This document shows, one piece after another, positions 35,550 through 37,320 of a stretch of DNA of 37,320 nt (its first letter is position 1; each line of letters begins with the position of its first letter). Origin of the DNA: a virus (taxonomy: Duplodnaviria > Heunggongvirae > Uroviricota > Caudoviricetes); IMG/VR virus record IMGVR_UViG_2617270964_000016, positions 1 through 37,320 of that record; one strand, written 5' to 3'. A model generated the notes under the pieces. It was given only the letters and a program-made list of their open reading frames with translations, was not told the DNA's origin and did not search any database. The position numbers and the translations under genes were made by a program.

Positions 35550-35942
35550 ATGGATATTTCCTATAAATTCGCTAATGGCGTATTTTACCCCAGCGATATT
35601 GAATATAAATCGATTCCAGAGAGTGCGATTGATGTTACCTATGAAGAATATGCTAAAGCCATGAGACGTCCGACAGGTTATAATTTTACGGTGGACAAAG
35701 AAGGTATAGTAACGCTGATTGAACATGTAATTTCAGAAGAAGAGTGGAAACTGGACATAGAGGCGCAACTTGCATTATTACGACAGAGGGCTGATAACGA
35801 AATAGGATGGCGGCAATATGCAGTTGAAAGAGGTAAAGCGACGGAAGAAGAAGTAGTTGCCTTAATTAAATGGCAGGATTACAAGTTAGAGTTAATGCGA
35901 GTAGATACATCAAACCCAGTATTGCCTACCATCCCTGAATAA
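35550..35942 (+). CDS. Tail fibre assembly chaperone (Tfa)
   Basis: ATG 35550 (MDISYKFANGVFYPS...). C-terminal ...VVALIKWQDYKLELMRVDTSNPVLP... resembles the Tfa C-terminal signature. Follows the fibre gene. Confidence 0.6.
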   Translation: MDISYKFANGVFYPSDIEYKSIPESAIDVTYEEYAKAMRRPTGYNFTVDKEGIVTLIEHVISEEEWKLDIEAQLALLRQRADNEIGWRQYAVERGKATEEEVVALIKWQDYKLELMRVDTSNPVLPTIPE

Positions 35943-35950
35943 GATTATTC

Positions 35951-35978
35951 CCCTCTATCGCGCAATAACGATAGAGGG
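35951..35978. terminator. Hairpin between convergent genes (10-bp perfect stem CCCTCTATCG/CGATAGAGGG, 8-nt loop)
   Basis: Seen directly, 9 nt after the Tfa stop and 6 nt before the stop of the convergent minus-strand ORF. Confidence 0.45.
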
Positions 35979-35983
35979 ATTTA

Positions 35984-36391
35984 TCATCTCATTCTCTTGA
36001 TAATAAAACCAAGTAATATGACAAATTGAACCAGAGAGCACAGGATTGAGAAATGGAGATACCTATAGTCAGATGCAGGGCTGACGAAGAAGTGAGGCAC
36101 TGCAAATATGAAGCATGAGACGCCCAGCAACAAGCCTATACATTTTATACTGCTTCTGACAAAAATAAATGAAATTGTTGATACCAGAGCAAGAAGTAAA
36201 TAAATCCATGGCAAGTAAATATAAGGCATAGATTTTACTGTTTCCACATATAAAGAGCTTGCCTTATTCGGTGTGAATGAGAACCCCCATTGGTTTTCAA
36301 CACTTCCTTCCTGCACGACCCATGCTGGAGTGCTACTACCAACCCTAAGCAATTCATTGAATGTGTCCAATCTTACTTTTAAGTAAGACAA
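35984..36391 (-). pseudogene. AT-rich membrane-protein gene, probably the 3' remnant of a gene truncated by the adjacent IS insertion (possible O-antigen-modification/lysogenic-conversion gene)
   Basis: 135-codon ORF in AT-rich DNA with C-terminal TM helices. The only in-frame start is a TTG at 36389-36391, and the frame stays open upstream into the IS terminus with no credible ATG/Shine-Dalgarno. Confidence 0.35.
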
Positions 36392-36401
36392 TGGGTTATT
36401 C

Positions 36402-37320
36402 TGTTCTTGCCCCCTTATTTCCAGACAGGGGTTGTATCTTAAGTTAACATTACCCGCTGACGTCGATATTCTCGCGGAGAGCGATAACCCAACGCACTAT
36501 GCGGATGGTTTTCATTGTAATGCTCGATCGCCACTGCAAGGTTATGCAATGCCGTTCTTACATTCGGTTTCGGCATGAACGCGATGTAGTCTTCCTTCAT
36601 CGTTTTCACGAACCGTTCTGCCATTCCATTACTCTGAGGGCTACTGATTGCCGTTGTGCAGGGCTTCAGATTCAGCTCTCTGGCGAACTGCCGTGTTTCA
36701 TGCGCTCTGTACGCTGAACCGTTATCTGTCAGCCACTGGATGGACTGTTCCGGTACTTTATCGCCAAAGCGTTTTTCTATCGCTCCTAACATCACATCCT
36801 GCACTGTCGCTTTATCGTAACCTCCCGTGCTTGCGGCCCAGTCTATGGCTTCACGATCGCAACAATCCAGGACGAACGTAACACGCAGTTTTTCGCCATC
36901 ATCGCAACCGAACTCAAAGCCATCGGAACACCAACGCTGGTCGCTTTCCTTCACCGATATTCGGCCTTTATGTTCCCGCTGCCGTCGTGATGGTTTGTCA
37001 TGTAACAACAACAGACTATTTTCGCTCATTATCCGGTAAACACGCTTTGCATTCACGAACGGTAGTCCTTCATTTCGGGACTGCCGCCTGAGTATCGCCC
37101 AGACACGGCGATACCCGTATGCTGGCATATCGCCAATGATATCCAGGATGCGCGATAAGACTTCTGCATCCGCAGCCTCATCGCGCCTCTGACGCCGTTT
37201 ATCTGGCTTGTTATCAGATGCCTTCATCCGTAATGTTAACTGCGCACGTGACACGCCCAGAACACGGCTTACCGGGGCTATTCCTTGTCCGAAGGTAACA
37301 AGGGCACATGCGCTATCCAT
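36402..37320 (-). mobile_element. IS3-family insertion sequence, IS2-like, partial (continues beyond the window end)
   Basis: Terminus TGTTCTTGCCCCCTTATTTCCAGACA resembles the recalled IS2 right inverted repeat (…GTCTGGAAATATAGGGGCAAATCCA). Contains an InsD-like orfB. Confidence 0.7.
36439..37320 (-). CDS. IS3-family transposase OrfB (IS2 InsD-like, DDE integrase-type)
   Basis: Protein [12 protein letters not shown]...RWCSDGFEF...LDCCDREA...WLTDNGS...[14 protein letters not shown] closely parallels the recalled IS2 InsD. The ATG lies at the last bases of the window; orfA would be outside. Confidence 0.8.
   Translation of the reverse strand: MDSACALVTFGQGIAPVSRVLGVSRAQLTLRMKASDNKPDKRRQRRDEAADAEVLSRILDIIGDMPAYGYRRVWAILRRQSRNEGLPFVNAKRVYRIMSENSLLLLHDKPSRRQREHKGRISVKESDQRWCSDGFEFGCDDGEKLRVTFVLDCCDREAIDWAASTGGYDKATVQDVMLGAIEKRFGDKVPEQSIQWLTDNGSAYRAHETRQFARELNLKPCTTAISSPQSNGMAERFVKTMKEDYIAFMPKPNVRTALHNLAVAIEHYNENHPHSALGYRSPREYRRQRVMLT

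Larger units (their letters stand above)
1..36401. mobile_element. Prophage with mosaic architecture (lambdoid regulation and lysis, HK97-type head, Mu-type contractile tail); integrase/att side lies outside the window
   Basis: Contiguous, strand-coherent phage modules: repressor/cro switch, Q, holin-endolysin-spanin, terminase, portal, protease, capsid, sheath, tube, tape measure, baseplate, fibre. Genes are tightly packed with overlapping stop/start codons. Confidence 0.85.

Noticed and set aside
35943-36401. Expected DNA invertase (Pin/Gin-like) and inverted fibre/Tfa partner genes after the tail fibre module
   Set aside because: No resolvase-type ORF or inverted duplicate of the fibre C-terminus is present in this interval; the only ORF is the truncated membrane-protein frame.
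1-37320. Search for tRNA/tmRNA genes, integrase and att sites
   Set aside because: No T-loop-like GGTTCGAATCC-type motifs or tyrosine/serine recombinase-like ORFs were recognised by eye; the integrase presumably lies left of the window start. A proper tRNAscan/Aragorn run was not possible.

Overview
The 37.3-kb window is essentially one temperate prophage of an enterobacterial (E. coli/Shigella-like) host, judged from a near-lambda R endolysin, YfdP/YfdQ/YfdR-like early genes and an IS2-like element. All family assignments were made by eye from motifs and gene order; no database search or folding computation was possible. Left to right: (i) an AT-rich two-gene cassette, a Panacea-domain (PanA-like) protein plus an acidic 2-TM membrane protein (1-1065), convergent with (ii) a leftward early operon of about 11 mostly uncharacterised genes (1078-6979) driven from a PL-like promoter with a perfect TTGACA -35; (iii) a lambda-style immunity switch with a CI-like HTH/S24 repressor (7666-8340), apparently leaderless PRM and a divergent Cro-like gene; (iv) rightward early genes: replication initiator with internal iteron-like repeats, PerC-like regulator, Dam-type methylase, LexA-N-domain protein, RusA, KilA-N protein, DUF968 protein, Q-type antiterminator; (v) an AT-rich late-promoter region carrying a 55-aa zinc-ribbon ORF; (vi) lysis cassette (holin, lambda R-type endolysin, overlapped Rz/Rz1); (vii) an 82-aa moron with its own promoter and terminator; (viii) HNH endonuclease, small and large terminase, HK97-type portal, protease and capsid; (ix) a Mu-type contractile tail (sheath, tube, chaperone with a -1 frameshift site, tape measure, baseplate, fibre, Tfa); (x) an AT-rich convergent membrane-protein gene remnant abutting a partial IS2-like IS3-family element at the right edge. 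No integrase, rRNA, tRNA or CRISPR array was seen. The best candidates for new biology are the PanA-like/2-TM pair, the two autonomous small cargo genes (15738-15905, 17514-17762), the 500-bp untranslated PL leader with a 15-bp perfect inverted repeat, and the IS-disrupted AT-rich gene after the tail-fibre module.
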